64,000 nucleotides of DNA from a virus (IMGVR_UViG_3300021400_000012:1-64000); one strand, 5' to 3'; numbered from the stretch's first letter, positions 7,883 to 20,300 are shown. Translations and numbers: made by a program. Notes: generated by a model not told the origin, from the letters alone.

Positions 7883-9373
7883 ATGAAAGAACGATCAGTT
7901 GATTTAACTGCCTTCAAAAAAATACAAGAGGAAATAATCGCGGCCAATGAACAAGCTTGGGAACGCTGGTTTTCAGCGGAACGTGCTTGGCATCATGCAG
8001 CACGCGAGTACAAACCAGAAGAGATTGAAAAAATTATCAATTCTGGAAGTATCGAACAATAGCAAAAGTTATCCCGCGATTTCTTTGAGCATAAGGGTCT
8101 TTATAGACGAATCATTTTCTATTATGGTACTTTATTAACCTATTAGGGATTATTAATCCCAAATCCAGGTTTTGGTAAAAAACTCTCCACTCCGCATATT
8201 GCCAAAAGGTATTACAATGCAATTGATTACGTTGATAGACTTAATTTGCAAGAAGTATTGACACGGGTTACTTTAAAAGCCTTAATAGATGGATGTTACT
8301 ATGGTGTTATCAATACCTTAACAAAAGATGAATTTGTTATGTTTGATCTACCCACAAAATATTGCCGCTCAAGATTCAAAGATTTTCATGGAAATGATAT
8401 TGTTGAATTTAATGTAGCATATTTTAACACCTTAGACGATCTCGACTTACGGAAAGCCGCGTTATCTACTTACCCCGAAATAGTGCGCAAGCATTATAAC
8501 AAGTTTATAAAAGCAGGAAGCGACTTAACGCCTTGGGTAAGATTACCAGCCGAGATTGGAATTTGCTTTTCATTTTTCGAACTAGGTGGACCACTTTTCT
8601 TGGATGTAATTCCAGCCACGATTCAATATGAAGATGCTGTCGATACAGAGCGCGAGCGCGAACTTGAAGAGATTCGCAAGATTATCGTTCAGAAAATCCC
8701 GCACTTAGCTGATGGACAACTTCTATTTGAGCCTGATGAAGCCTTAGAAATGCATCGTGGCGCAGTTAATATGATGCACGGTAATAAGAATTTGTCAATT
8801 TTGACAACTTATGCTGACGTGGATGCAATTGTATCAAAAACGACTGCAGAGAACGTGTCAACTTCATTAGAAAAAATGTTGCAAAACGTCTATTCTGAAG
8901 CAGGCGCTAGTACTCAGATTTTTTCGCCCACAGGAAGTTAGGCATTAGAAACGTCTATTAGAAATGATACGGCGTTAATGATGGTTTTAGGTACAAAATA
9001 CTCAAGATTTATAAGTTTTATTATCAATTCACTATTTGCAAATTCTAATATTACTTTTAAATACACGATTTTACCTATTACTTATTATAATCAAAGCGAT
9101 TATATTAAAGATAGTTTCAAACTTGCCCAAAGTGGTTACAGTTTTCTTATTCCAGCATTGGCAAGTGGACTTAGTTAGAGAGAACTTTCCAACGTTAAAG
9201 AATTAGAAAATGATCTATTAGAACTTCATACTAAATTGCTACCGCTGTCGTCTTCTTATACTCAGTCTGGCACTGGTGATGTGGGCAGACCACCGCTAGC
9301 TAATGAAGATAAAGCATTAAAGACAATTTAGAATGAAGAGTCGCTTGATCATTAGGGAGGCTCTGATGAGTAA
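7883..9373 (+). CDS. Portal protein (496 aa, code 15)
   Basis: Follows terL; one frame over six TAGs; C-terminal PLSSSYTQSG...GRP typical of large Firmicute phage portals. Confidence 0.8.
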
Positions 9374-10733
9374 ATCTGAATTTGAGTTTCCGATTAGTAT
9401 TTATGGGTAGATTACAGTCTATAATGATGTTCTATCAAAAGCTCGTTGCCGCATTTTCTATAAAGGCGCGAATCGCAATGGTACATTTATTACCGACGAA
9501 TTTGCAAATGAGTTAATTTCAACCTTACACTATGTACCAATTAAAGGTATATATGTTGGTGATGATTTTAGTGATCACGGCCAATCGCGCGAAGATGGTT
9601 AGATTTATGGTATCGTACCAGAGTCTAATAATTTTGCGTGGGAGCAACACTTGGACGAAGATGGTGTTGAACGTACATACGCTTGCACCGATGTTTTACT
9701 TTTTACTTCATTATATCCCGAAGCGTCACAAATTGTTGGTAAAGGCCAATCTATGGAACTGTATGAGCCATCATTACAGTACCATACCGCTATCCTGTAG
9801 GGTTAGAGATATATTATCTTTGAGCATGGTAGTTTCTTAGGCTTACAAGTTCTTGGTGATAATGTAGAACCTTGTTTTGAAGGGGCATCTTTCTTCTCAT
9901 TACAAGAATCTATTCGTAGTACGATTCAAAAGATCAAAGAATTTACTATGTTAAGTGAGGAATCGGAAATGTCACAAATTAATTTTAAGCTTTCTGATGA
10001 CCAGAAATATCGTGCGCTTTGGATGTTATTAAATCCGAATTACTGCGAAGAGGGTAATTGGACTTGTGAATATTCGATCTGTGAAGTATTTGACGAATAT
10101 GCACTTGTGGTCTCTCTTGAAACTGGAAATTATGAAAGAGTTTATTATGTAAAGAATGATGAAACTGATAGCGTCGAACTTGGTGATCGCGTTCAAGTTT
10201 ATGTCATTGATGTTACAGAAAACGAAAAAAACACTTTAGATACATTACGCAAGTTAAATGGCGATACTTATGAATTAGTATCTGAAAATTTAACAAATGC
10301 CGAGCAAAATGCGCAAAATTGTGAAAGTTATAGCGCCAAAATTGACGAGATGACTGAAACTATTGCTACTTTAAATACGGAAGCGGAAGCTGGAACAGAA
10401 AAATATACTGCCCTTGAAGGTCAGTATAACGATCTGAACGCCCAGTATTCAGCTCTTGTCGAAGAAAATAACTCTTTGAAAGATTATAAGCACAACGTCG
10501 AGACGCAGCACAAGGAAGCTGTTATTGCAGAGTATGCTGACAAGCTTTCCGAGGAAGTCATTGATGCTTATAGAGTAAAGCTTGATGAGTATACCGCCGA
10601 AGATCTTGATATGCATCTTGCTTATGAACTGAAAAAGAGTGGCGCGGCATTCACTCAGCCTGCTGCTGGGTACGTATTAAAAGACACACAAAAGTCTGGT
10701 GTCGAAGAAATTTTATCTCGTTATAAGAAATAA
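9366..10733 (+). CDS. Prohead protease/scaffold (455 aa, code 15)
   Basis: GGAGG RBS; N-terminal GANRNGT domain with four TAGs; acidic coiled-coil C-terminal half; lies between portal and capsid genes. Confidence 0.75.
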
Positions 10734-10748
10734 TGGAGGAATAAAATA

Positions 10749-11294
10749 ATGGCAAGACTGCAAATTGATGGATATGGCCAGATTGAAATTAACAACTGCG
10801 CTTTCCGTCGTGACGGTCGTATCGAAGCCCAGTGTGCTCCTGATACCACAGACTTCGCAACTGCGAAGCTTGAAAACGGTATGCTGCTTGCTGTCGATGC
10901 TGCGAACCGCACAGTTAAGTTCGCTGTCGATAGCTCTCTGCCGATCGCTTTAAATTACAGTGCTGAGCATATGTATGATGAACGCAAGCCTGGTTTAAAG
11001 AATTTCTATCTCAATGGTGAAGACGACTTCTTCCCACGCCTTGGTTACCTGTCTGTTGGTGATAAATTCACCACAAACTGCGTAAGTTATGGTACTGCCT
11101 ATGCAAGTGATGCTGCGTTTGAATCTGCGCTTGCGTCTTACAAGACCAACAAGCTGTATGGTGGCGCTAGCTCCGATGGCACAATTTTTGTTGACTCCAG
11201 CAAGCCTTCATTTGGTCCTGTTCTGGAAGTTATTGAAAAGACAACGATGCCCGACGGCAAACTTGGTATCAAGTTCCGTTGCATCGCAGAATAA
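10749..11294 (+). CDS. Capsid decoration/minor head protein
   Basis: 181 aa with LENGM motif, immediately before the major capsid gene; biased codon use; no TAG. Confidence 0.65.
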   Translation: MARLQIDGYGQIEINNCAFRRDGRIEAQCAPDTTDFATAKLENGMLLAVDAANRTVKFAVDSSLPIALNYSAEHMYDERKPGLKNFYLNGEDDFFPRLGYLSVGDKFTTNCVSYGTAYASDAAFESALASYKTNKLYGGASSDGTIFVDSSKPSFGPVLEVIEKTTMPDGKLGIKFRCIAE

Positions 11295-11313
11295 TTGAGG
11301 AGGGCAGATTATT

Positions 11314-12384
11314 ATGACTATTAGTGAATTAAAAGAGATCGCCCTTCATGCTGCTAAGGGCACAGTTCCTGCTTGCTTTGCAAATCAGGACGTTGATGTT
11401 AATGCTGCTTTTGTCGATGGTTTACGTGAACTCGCTGGTTCTGTTAACCAGTTCATGAAGAACCGTTATGACATTTATGAAATTATGATCGAGACAATCG
11501 ACCAAGTTATGCCAAAGAACGTTATCGCCGCTCTGTCTCCGTTCGCGGAAGTACAGGTTGTGCCACAGGGCCAGAAGGCGCTGTTCAAGGTTAAGACTGG
11601 TAAGGCTCGTGCGAAGAAGTTCCTGACTCAGGTTGGTCTTTCTGGCGTGTACGAAACATTCCGTCTTGATGCTAAGACATTCGAGCTTTCTGCTCATGCA
11701 GTCGGTGGCGGTGCTACAATCGACTTCGAGCGTATGCTTGATGGCGCTGAATCCCTTGCTGAAGTCATGGATATCATGACCCAAGGCCTCACAGATGCCG
11801 TGTTCGTCGAAGTTCAGCGTGCTCTTCGTGCTGCTTACGACTCTGCTGATCGTCCAGATGCTAACAAGGCTACATCTAACCACTTCAATGCTGATAAGAT
11901 GGTTAAGCTGATGAGCGTTGTTCGTGCGTATGGTAATCCTGTGATTTTTGCTCCGCCTGAATTCATCGCTGATATGGGCGCGGATGCCATCGTTCCTGTA
12001 ACGGTTGGTAACAACACAAATTACGGCGGTGTTGGCGGCGTTTACTCACCGGATGACATCGAACAAATCCATCGTACCGGTTATGTTAATATCTTCCGTG
12101 GCGCTCCGATCGTTCAGATCCCGCAGTCCTTTACGGATGAAGACAACAAGACCACTTATGTTGACCCACAGCTGGCTTATGTCCTTCCATCTACTGGCGA
12201 AAAGGTTGTCAAGGTCGTGCTTGAAGGCCAGACTCAGATTAATGATTTCAAGAACCGCGATAATTCTCTTGAAGTTTATGCTTACAAGAAAATGGGTTGC
12301 GCGATCCTTACACATTATAACTGGGGTGTTTATAAGAACACTGGCGTTGACCAAACATATTACAATCCTTACGAGAATATCTGA
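11314..12384 (+). CDS. Major capsid protein
   Basis: 356 aa; size and synteny; strongly biased codons; no TAG; followed by a terminator. Confidence 0.85.
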   Translation: MTISELKEIALHAAKGTVPACFANQDVDVNAAFVDGLRELAGSVNQFMKNRYDIYEIMIETIDQVMPKNVIAALSPFAEVQVVPQGQKALFKVKTGKARAKKFLTQVGLSGVYETFRLDAKTFELSAHAVGGGATIDFERMLDGAESLAEVMDIMTQGLTDAVFVEVQRALRAAYDSADRPDANKATSNHFNADKMVKLMSVVRAYGNPVIFAPPEFIADMGADAIVPVTVGNNTNYGGVGGVYSPDDIEQIHRTGYVNIFRGAPIVQIPQSFTDEDNKTTYVDPQLAYVLPSTGEKVVKVVLEGQTQINDFKNRDNSLEVYAYKKMGCAILTHYNWGVYKNTGVDQTYYNPYENI

Positions 12385-12395
12385 GGATAATCATA

Positions 12396-12428
12396 AGGGG
12401 AGAGGGATAAACTCCCTCTCCCTATTTC
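12396..12428 (+). terminator. Terminator after the major capsid gene
   Basis: AGGGGAGAGGGA...TCCCTCTCCCCT hairpin followed by ATTT. Confidence 0.7.
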
Positions 12429-12454
12429 AATTTAGGAGTTAAAGGAGAATTTTA

Positions 12455-12928
12455 ATGAGTAAAGTTAATATTGTGAATACCACTCGTGGTTCAGTTTTCG
12501 TAGAAGTTCGTGAAATTCCATTTCGGCATGACTGGACCGTCCAGGGCGCTAAGTTCGCCGTTGAGCATGATGTGCTTGAACAGCTTATGTATGATAAGGG
12601 CTTCAAGTATATGATTGATACTGGTATGCTTTATATTGAAGATATGGAAGAGAAAAAAGCTCTTGGTATCGAACCCGAAGAAGCAAAAGAACCAGTGAAT
12701 GTTATTGTTTTAACTGACAAAGAGCGCAGACGTTACATGGTCAATCTTTCTCTTGAAGAGTTCAAAGAAAAGGTTAGAAAGTTAAGCTATGAACAGGTTA
12801 CGCAGTTAGCAGATTATGCCGTTGCTAACAGACTTGCTGATTTTGATAAGGCAGAATTCTTAAAGGAGCTTTGCGGCCGGGATATTCTTCAGGCTATTCG
12901 TTTGAGCGCACAGAACAAGGAGGCGTAA
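12455..12928 (+). CDS. Hypothetical head-module protein
   Basis: 157 aa, AAGGAG RBS, no TAG. Confidence 0.7.
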   Translation: MSKVNIVNTTRGSVFVEVREIPFRHDWTVQGAKFAVEHDVLEQLMYDKGFKYMIDTGMLYIEDMEEKKALGIEPEEAKEPVNVIVLTDKERRRYMVNLSLEEFKEKVRKLSYEQVTQLADYAVANRLADFDKAEFLKELCGRDILQAIRLSAQNKEA

Positions 12929-12929
12929 T

Positions 12930-13358
12930 ATGACTTCTTTTGATGTGGTTTATGACGCATTTTTAAGCAAAATCTTAGAAGACGAGTGGGAAGACTGGGA
13001 CGAGAATGAACTGCGGCAAGATATGTTTATGCTCTTACAAGCAGCAATAATGCGCTTTAAATTCCCCCGTGTCTCTTTGGAATATACAAAGTGTGGATTT
13101 AATGAAACACTTACAAACGATGAAATACAAATACTTGCAAGCTATATGAAGTGTGAATGGTTAAATAGAACCATTTTAACATGGGAAAATGTTAAACCTT
13201 TATATGTTGAGCGAGATTTTTCACAAGCAAATTTAATTGATAAGTTCAATGCTATGTTGGCGGCCGAACAAGCCAATGCAAGACGCTTAGAATCTATTTA
13301 TTACAGATCGGTAAATAAAAAACCGTTCGAGTATAGACATTTAGCAGATAAAGTATGA
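12930..13358 (+). CDS. Putative head-tail adaptor
   Basis: 142 aa, helical, KDFSQAN-like motif (RDFSQAN); synteny. Confidence 0.6.
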   Translation: MTSFDVVYDAFLSKILEDEWEDWDENELRQDMFMLLQAAIMRFKFPRVSLEYTKCGFNETLTNDEIQILASYMKCEWLNRTILTWENVKPLYVERDFSQANLIDKFNAMLAAEQANARRLESIYYRSVNKKPFEYRHLADKV

Positions 13359-13603
13359 ATTTAGTTGAAGAGGGTTATAATAACCGCTTAAAAAACAAAT
13401 TGTTCGGTTTGCTTTGTGAATTTGAAAAGAACGGAGAGTGGGAATCATTTTTAGATAGCATTATTATTGAATTAAATGGTATTCCTAAAGAAGAGCAAAC
13501 CATTAATTATTTAACATTAATGCACAAGATTAGCACTCTACGTTATTTAAAGTATGAGTATTTTAGGAAAACAATTTTTGATTGTATGAATTTAATCTCG
13601 TGA
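13355..13603 (+). CDS. Hypothetical protein
   Basis: 82 aa, start overlaps the previous stop. Confidence 0.7.
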   Translation: MNLVEEGYNNRLKNKLFGLLCEFEKNGEWESFLDSIIIELNGIPKEEQTINYLTLMHKISTLRYLKYEYFRKTIFDCMNLIS

Positions 13604-13613
13604 GGAGGTGTGA

Positions 13614-14357
13614 ATGAAATACCTCGATATTTATCAACATCGCCTTTCACGGTATGGTAATGACTATCAATCTCGCTTGCAGCGCAAGCGTGAGATTGGA
13701 TTTTAGTATTATCTTGCAAAAAGTGTCTATCGAATCGAGTTTGACTGGGAAGGTAAAACAGAAATTGGTAGCTTTGAAAAATATAAGCAAGATGATACGA
13801 AAACATTACATTATTTATTAACCAGAGTCGATTTAAATATTCCAAATGGTTCTATTCTTTATTTAGCCGATAAAGATGATGAACTACAGCCTTGGATGGT
13901 TTATTATCTTGAACGAATTAAGGCTAGTGGTTATAATCGTTATATCATGTTGAGAATGTCTCATTATCTTACATGGACGGCGCGCGATGGTAAAGAATAT
14001 CATTCTTGGGCTTATTTATATGGACAAGAAGATAATATGTTAAAGGACGAATTAAAGTCTAGAAGTCGTATGGATACATTATATACAGAAAACTTAAAGT
14101 TAAGTTTTTTTGTATTACCAGTGAATCCTATGATTCGAAAAGACGATTATCTTATTGTCGGTGAAAAGCCACTTCAAGAATATTATCGAGTTACTGGTTA
14201 TGATATACAGTCTTCTGAAGGTGTTGAATACGTTTCTATCGACCCTATTTACGAATTTGATTTAACTCCGCCGCCAACTCAAACGGCAGAAGATGAGCCA
14301 GAAGATTTCTATTGGCTGAATCAAGGAAAGACGGAGGTAATTGATAATGGTCCGTAA
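13614..14357 (+). CDS. Putative head-closure/neck protein (247 aa, code 15)
   Basis: GGAGG RBS, ATG 13614, one TAG joining it to track ORF 13896; synteny. Confidence 0.6.
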
Positions 14358-14835
14358 TTTGGGAGAATTAGGTATTAACCTTTAGAAAATTGTAAATAGA
14401 TTACAAACTAATCAAAAACTTTTAAAGTTATTATATTATACAGATAAAGATCCATATGCGGGCGCAGATTTAACTCCCGAACAGATTCAATCTGAAGTAT
14501 TTGAGAAGTTGATTAAAATCGTACCACGTGTCGGTCCAAAAGAAACTGCAAAAAGTTTAATTTCATTGCGTGTAGTGCGCGCGAGTGCCGATAGATCTAA
14601 TGATGAATTTAATAACTTAACGCTTTGTATAGAGGTATTTGTGCCGCTTACTCAGTGGTTTATCAAGGATACGAGTTTGCGGCCATTTTGCATTATGGGC
14701 GAGATTTTAACAAGTCTTAATCATAAAGTAATAAATGGATTGGGTAGAATGGAGCATGTTGGATTTGATTTAAACTTTATCACCGAAGAAATTTCTTGTT
14801 ACGAAATGACTTTCACTTTGATAGATTATGAATAA
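14347..14835 (+). CDS. Putative tail terminator/neck protein (162 aa, code 15)
   Basis: GGAGG RBS; one TAG; synteny. Confidence 0.55.
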
Positions 14836-15559
14836 TTTAGCATTTTATTTCGGTGAGCCTGTTGAGTTTAAAAATATCTGTTATGTTTATCCACCCAAAG
14901 TTCATGATGTGGCCACAAATCATGAATATTATATTTATACAAAATTATTAACTTTTTCATAGGAAGAAATAGAAGACGAGTTTGTCGAAAAAGGATTAGA
15001 TTTAAAAGACTTACTAACACCTTTTGAATATCTTTTAAATAATGCATATAATAATTTGCGTTTTAAAGAATTGTTAGATAGAACTTTTTATTTCTTTTTA
15101 CATGAAAAAGTAACTTATTTATTTGAGCAAAAACAGATTTTAATTGGAGATTTAGTTGAGATAAAATCATTAGAAAATCTTCGTGCTTTAACCGAAGAAG
15201 ATTTTTTTGATTTTTAGAACTTAATAAGGGATGCAATTGGCGCGAAGTCAATTGAACCTCCTAATCCAAATGAAAATCCGAGAATTAAAGCTATGAAAGC
15301 CAAAGCTCGATATCGTGATCGTATTAAAGCTAAAAAAGGATTGGGTTTAAAATTATTATCTACAATTTCATCAATTTGTTGTATGGGTTATGGATTAAAT
15401 CCACTTAATATTGGAGAGTTAAGCTATGCGGCGATCCCTGTTCTATTGGCGACATACCAAGAGAAAGAAAAGTACGATATTGATATTCGTAGTTTACTGG
15501 CAGGCGCAGATAGCAAAAAAGTAAAACCAAAATACTGGATTAGAAATTTAGATGATTAA
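14828..15559 (+). CDS. Hypothetical tail-module protein, possible assembly chaperone (243 aa, code 15)
   Basis: One frame over two TAGs into track ORF 15293. Confidence 0.55.
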
Positions 15560-15581
15560 AAATAAGGAGGCTATTTGAAGA

Positions 15582-16424
15582 ATGGCTAGTATTCTTGATC
15601 GTTATGGTATCAAAGAGGTTGCTGACGTTACTTTCTATGAAATCGATAGCAATGGCCAGCCTGGCAAGCCAGTCCTCTACTTAGATACTTTAAAGGTTTC
15701 GACGATTGAACAAACCGCAGAAAGTGTTGATGCTCGTGGTGGTAAAGGTAACCCGAAGCTTGTTACTTGGGATTACGGTAAAGAAATCAACGTCACTCTT
15801 GAAGATGCACTGTTTAGTGCTAAGTCAATGAGTATTTCTCTTGGTAATGGTTCAGTTGCAATGGATACCGCTTATGATATTGAGCGTGTTGTCATGGTTC
15901 GTTGCACGGAAGCTCAAAAGTTACCAGATTATTTCGTAGCCGATGTGTATGTAGATGGTGGTTCTGAGCGCAAGCGCGTTTGGACTGGCGCAGACAGTAG
16001 TATGCCTGATACAGATCAGTATGTTGCACTTGCAAGTTCTGGTTTAACAGTTGAAGCCGTTTGGGATGAAGCTGGTACTGCTTCTTATGCATCTTATGCC
16101 GCAGCTGCAAGTTCTGCTGTTGCTGGTAATAAATATTTCGTGAAGTACAAGACAAAAGCTACATCTCGTACAATCACTATCTCTGGTGATAAGTTCCCTG
16201 GAACATACTATGTCACTGGCGATACCTATGCTCGTTCGGATGTTGATGGTAAGGATCAGTTCTTCCAGTTCATTATTCCGAAGGCTAAGCTGACAGCTGA
16301 ACAGACCATTACTCTGGAAGCTGAAGGTGATCCGTCTGTCTTCAACATGAACCTTACGGTTCTTCGTCCGGAAGACGGCGACATGATGAAGCTTGTGCAG
16401 TATGACCTTAATGCCCCGGCGTAA
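15582..16424 (+). CDS. Major tail tube protein
   Basis: 280 aa; ARGGKGN...W, IPKAK and EGDPSVF motifs; no TAG; followed by a terminator. Confidence 0.8.
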   Translation: MASILDRYGIKEVADVTFYEIDSNGQPGKPVLYLDTLKVSTIEQTAESVDARGGKGNPKLVTWDYGKEINVTLEDALFSAKSMSISLGNGSVAMDTAYDIERVVMVRCTEAQKLPDYFVADVYVDGGSERKRVWTGADSSMPDTDQYVALASSGLTVEAVWDEAGTASYASYAAAASSAVAGNKYFVKYKTKATSRTITISGDKFPGTYYVTGDTYARSDVDGKDQFFQFIIPKAKLTAEQTITLEAEGDPSVFNMNLTVLRPEDGDMMKLVQYDLNAPA

Positions 16425-16453
16425 TCGTTATAAATAATTAATATTTTTAGTAG

Positions 16454-16487
16454 GCGGAGGAGGTAAACACTCCTCCGCTTATTTTTT
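16454..16487 (+). terminator. Terminator after the major tail gene
   Basis: GCGGAGGAG...CTCCTCCGC hairpin plus T-tract. Confidence 0.75.
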
Positions 16488-16497
16488 AGGAGATAAA

Positions 16498-17280
16498 ATG
16501 GGTAGTGAGTTTAGCTTCAAAGATTTCGAGAACGTGTTAATAAAGTCTACTTATAGTATAGAGACTGGAACGCGGACAATTTCTGAAGGTGAAGTAATCG
16601 CGCGTTTTGATAGGATTTAGATTGCTGGACTCCACGAATTAAAAGAGTATGTTACTGCTCATGGTGGGTATGGCGATCGTGATTTAGTTTATTGGGAAAC
16701 AACAAAATAGTTAGATTTAACGTTTTCGCAAGGTGTGTTTTCTAAAGAACAGTTAAGCGTGATGTTAAATTCAAAACTTATAAATGTTGAGAGCGCGAAA
16801 GCAATAGAAATTAGCGAGTACGAAGAATTAGAAACTGATGAAAATGGCAAAGTAACTCTTAAACATTTACCAGTAGATTAGTTATTTGTATATTCAAAAG
16901 AAACCGGTTTACCTATTGAATATACGATTAATGGGCAAGAAATTACAACAAGTAATAGTTATCAAGAGTTAATTATTACATATGTTTATCATTATACAAG
17001 CGGAGCAAAGATTTGTAGAATTGGAGCGCGACTTTTAAACGGGTTTGTTTGTTTAGAAGGTCGTACCCGTGTCAAAGATGATGAAACGGGAAAGGTTGTG
17101 ACGGGAATTATTAAAATTCCTAGACTTAAATTGATGTCGGATTTATCTATAAGACTGGGTACTCAAGCTTCCCCGGTTGTGGGGACATTTAAAGCCTAGG
17201 GAATCCCAGTGGGGTCGGGAATGAGTTCTTATGTAAGCGAATTTTGCTTCTTATAGGATGATATAGACAGCGACTTATGA
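16498..17280 (+). CDS. Tail tube protein paralog (260 aa, code 15; absent from the track)
   Basis: AGGAG RBS; open under code 15 to TGA; AHGGYGDRDLVYW and IKIPRLKL align with the major tail protein. Confidence 0.7.
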
Positions 17281-17288
17281 TAGAAATT

Positions 17289-17321
17289 TCGGCATTAATG
17301 AAAGTTAATGCCGATTTTTTT
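17289..17321 (+). terminator. Terminator before the tape measure gene
   Basis: TCGGCATTAA...TTAATGCCGA hairpin plus T7. Confidence 0.75.
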
Positions 17322-17335
17322 ATTTGGAGGTTAAA

Positions 17336-20300
17336 ATGTCAACTACAAGAGATGCTACAATAAAAACAGCAATTGATATTAGCGCAAAAATTGATTCATT
17401 TCAGAGTGCGGTAAAAAATATACAAAATTCTTTAAATTAGCTGCATCTTAATGCTGATTTAAAGGGAGAGTTCTCTGAACTGTTTTCAAATTTTGATAAA
17501 GAATTTAAAAATATCAAAGATAGAACGAAAAATAATTAGTTAAGACTAATTGATGAAAAAAGTACTCGCGAAAGCTTTACTAAGATTGAAAAATTTTATG
17601 ATGACTTAAAAGAAAAATTAAAAGAAAATGGTGTAAAAACTTCTATTTTAGAAAAAGATGCGGCTCTTATTAATAAATTAACCGTGGCTGCAAAAAAATA
17701 CTCTGATAGTTTAGACAATTCAGATGAAATAAAAAAAGTTACATCTGCTTTAGAAAAAGAAAAAAGAGAACTTGATGAGATTATCAAAAGATAGTCAAAA
17801 TTAAATAATACTGTCACCAATCAGGAAGAAAGTGTTGAATCTTTAAAAGCACAATTAAAAGCAACTAAAGAGTTGACTTCAAAAGATGAAGAGCGTCGGA
17901 AAAAATGGGAAGAGCTTGTTGCGGCTTAGAGAAAAGTAGAAGAAGCAGCAAACAAAGCAAAAGCTGCGTAGTATGAAAAAAGTGGAACTTCTACTCGAGG
18001 CTGGAATAATAATTCTGAATATATAGCTGCTTTAAAGGCAGAGAGGCAGGCTCAAGAAGATGCTACTCGTGCTTAGTAGGAATATGAAAATGTTGCTAAA
18101 TAGACTAGTGCTACTGTTGATACTGCTGCGGCCGAACAAGAACGATTAGAAAAAGCATTAGCTAGAGCTCAATAGAGTCTTACAGATAATAAAGTAAGAT
18201 TAGAATAGCAGAATGAAAAATATAGAGAGTCTACGGAGGCTATTAAACAATTTGAAAATTAGCTTTCTAATTTAAAAAGTGATGCTTTTGAAAAAATAAA
18301 AAGCGATATTGACAGTATTGATTGGACTAAATTTGGTTTTAAAAAGGCCCCAATTATTAATTCTTTTGATGATTTAAATAAAGTAATCGAAGAAACTAGA
18401 GAAAAGTCAGAAAAAGCTGCTGTAGAATTATTAAAGAATTTAAAACCTTCGCTTGAAAAAGCAGGCGCAGCAGGGAAAAATGCTAATTAGGCATTTAATG
18501 AAAGTGCTACTGGGCTTAAAAAGCTCAAGGCAACAGCAACAGATATCGAACGTTTAACTGGGCGCCTTGTTTAGTTTTTCTCAATTGATAATGCAGTTCG
18601 TTTATTCCGTCGCGCGATTCACTCTGCTGCAGAAACTGTCAAAGAACTTGATAAAGTTATGACTGAAACAGCAGTTGTTACAGATTTCTCTATTGGAGAC
18701 ATGTGGAAGCAATTGCCTGATTATACTAAAAGAGCGAATGAACTTGGACTAGCCGTTAAAGATGTATATGAAGCTTCTACTCTTTATTATCAGCAAGGTT
18801 TAAATACTAATGAAGTTATGGCTGTTACGAATGCGACACTTCGTATGGCTCGTATCGCTAGTCTTGACGCAGCGGATGCTACAGACCGTATGACAAATGC
18901 GCTTCGTGGTTTTAATATGGAAATCAATGAAGCCAATGCTGATAATATTGCGGATGTTTATTCGAAGCTGGCCGCTATTTCTGCATCTGATGTAGATGAG
19001 ATTTCAACCGCTATGACTAAGGTTGCTTCTCTTGCTAGTTCTGCAAATATGCAATTTGAAAATACCGCTGCGTTCCTAGCACAGATTATTGAGACAACTC
19101 GTGAATCTGCGGAGACTGCGGGCACTGCATTAAAAACTGTTATAGCACGTTTTTCTGAGGTTAAGGATTTATATTCTAAAGGTGAATTACTTGGAACCGA
19201 CGAAGAAGGTGAAGAGATCGATGTTAATAAGGTCTCTAAGGCTTTACGTACTGCCGGTATTAATCTTAATGAGTTTTTAACTGGACAGCGCGGCCTTGAT
19301 GAAATTTTCATAGAATTAGCTTCAAAGTGGGATTAGCTGGATATTGTGCAATAGAGATATATTGCTACAATGGCGGCAGGTTCTCGTCAGCAATCTCGTT
19401 TTATTGCTTTGATGTCTGACTATCAGCGTACTTAGGAGCTTACTAGTGCAGCAGAGAATGCGGCCGGCGCATCTATGGAGCAATACAATAAGACGCTTGA
19501 GTCCGTTTAGACGAAACTAAATAGATTAAAGAATGCCTGGAATGAATTTCTTATGGGTATTGCTAATGATAAAGCGATCCGTTTTGTATTAGATACATTA
19601 ATTAATTTCTTAAATGGAATTAATAAGGTTACTGATAGTATTAGTGGCGGAAAAGGACTGATTAAATCAATTGCAAGTTTAGGTATTGCAATTGGTGGTT
19701 TAAAAGTTGGTGGTAATATTATTAAAAAGATATTTGGTGATCCTTCTGCGCACATTAAGGGTTTGGTTCAAGAAATTATTACTGGAATTAAATCTCCTAA
19801 GCAATCACACACTTTATATGGCGTGGGATAGTAGTGGGGGTCCGCTCTTGTAGATGGGATGTCATCAACATTTGATAATGTTAAACATTTATTCGCTCGT
19901 ACTTTTAAAAAGAAACTTACTTTTGAAGATTTGGGCATAGATAAAGCAGAAGTAACAGATATTATTAATTCACATGATACGGGTAAAGTTGCTGAGTTAT
20001 TTAATTTAAGCAGTGGAAAAACAAAATATCTTGATTCTTTAAATTAGCGTTTAAAAGAAGGACAAATCTTTTAGAAAGATTATGAAGCTGGATTAAAAAG
20101 AATTGGTGTAACTTCTGAAAAAACATTTGAAAATTAGCAATAGGCGTTAAATACGACTCGAATAGCCTGCCTTGGTTTGGGAGCTGCATTTACAACAGTA
20201 GGCACGATACTTGAAAAGACTCAAGGTAAATCTAATAAAGCAGCCAAGGCTTTTAAAACAATAGGAACTGCACTTATGAGTGTAGGAGCTATTTTGCCTG

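Noticed and set aside
9532-9840. Same-strand alternative-frame ORFs (also 6320-6523, 7947-8138, 30980-31264, 56662-57144)
   Set aside because: They lie inside real genes in another frame, lack an RBS and have atypical composition.
16424-17336. Programmed-frameshift tail chaperone pair
   Set aside because: The interval is a single code-15 ORF resembling the tube protein, with no overlapping second frame.
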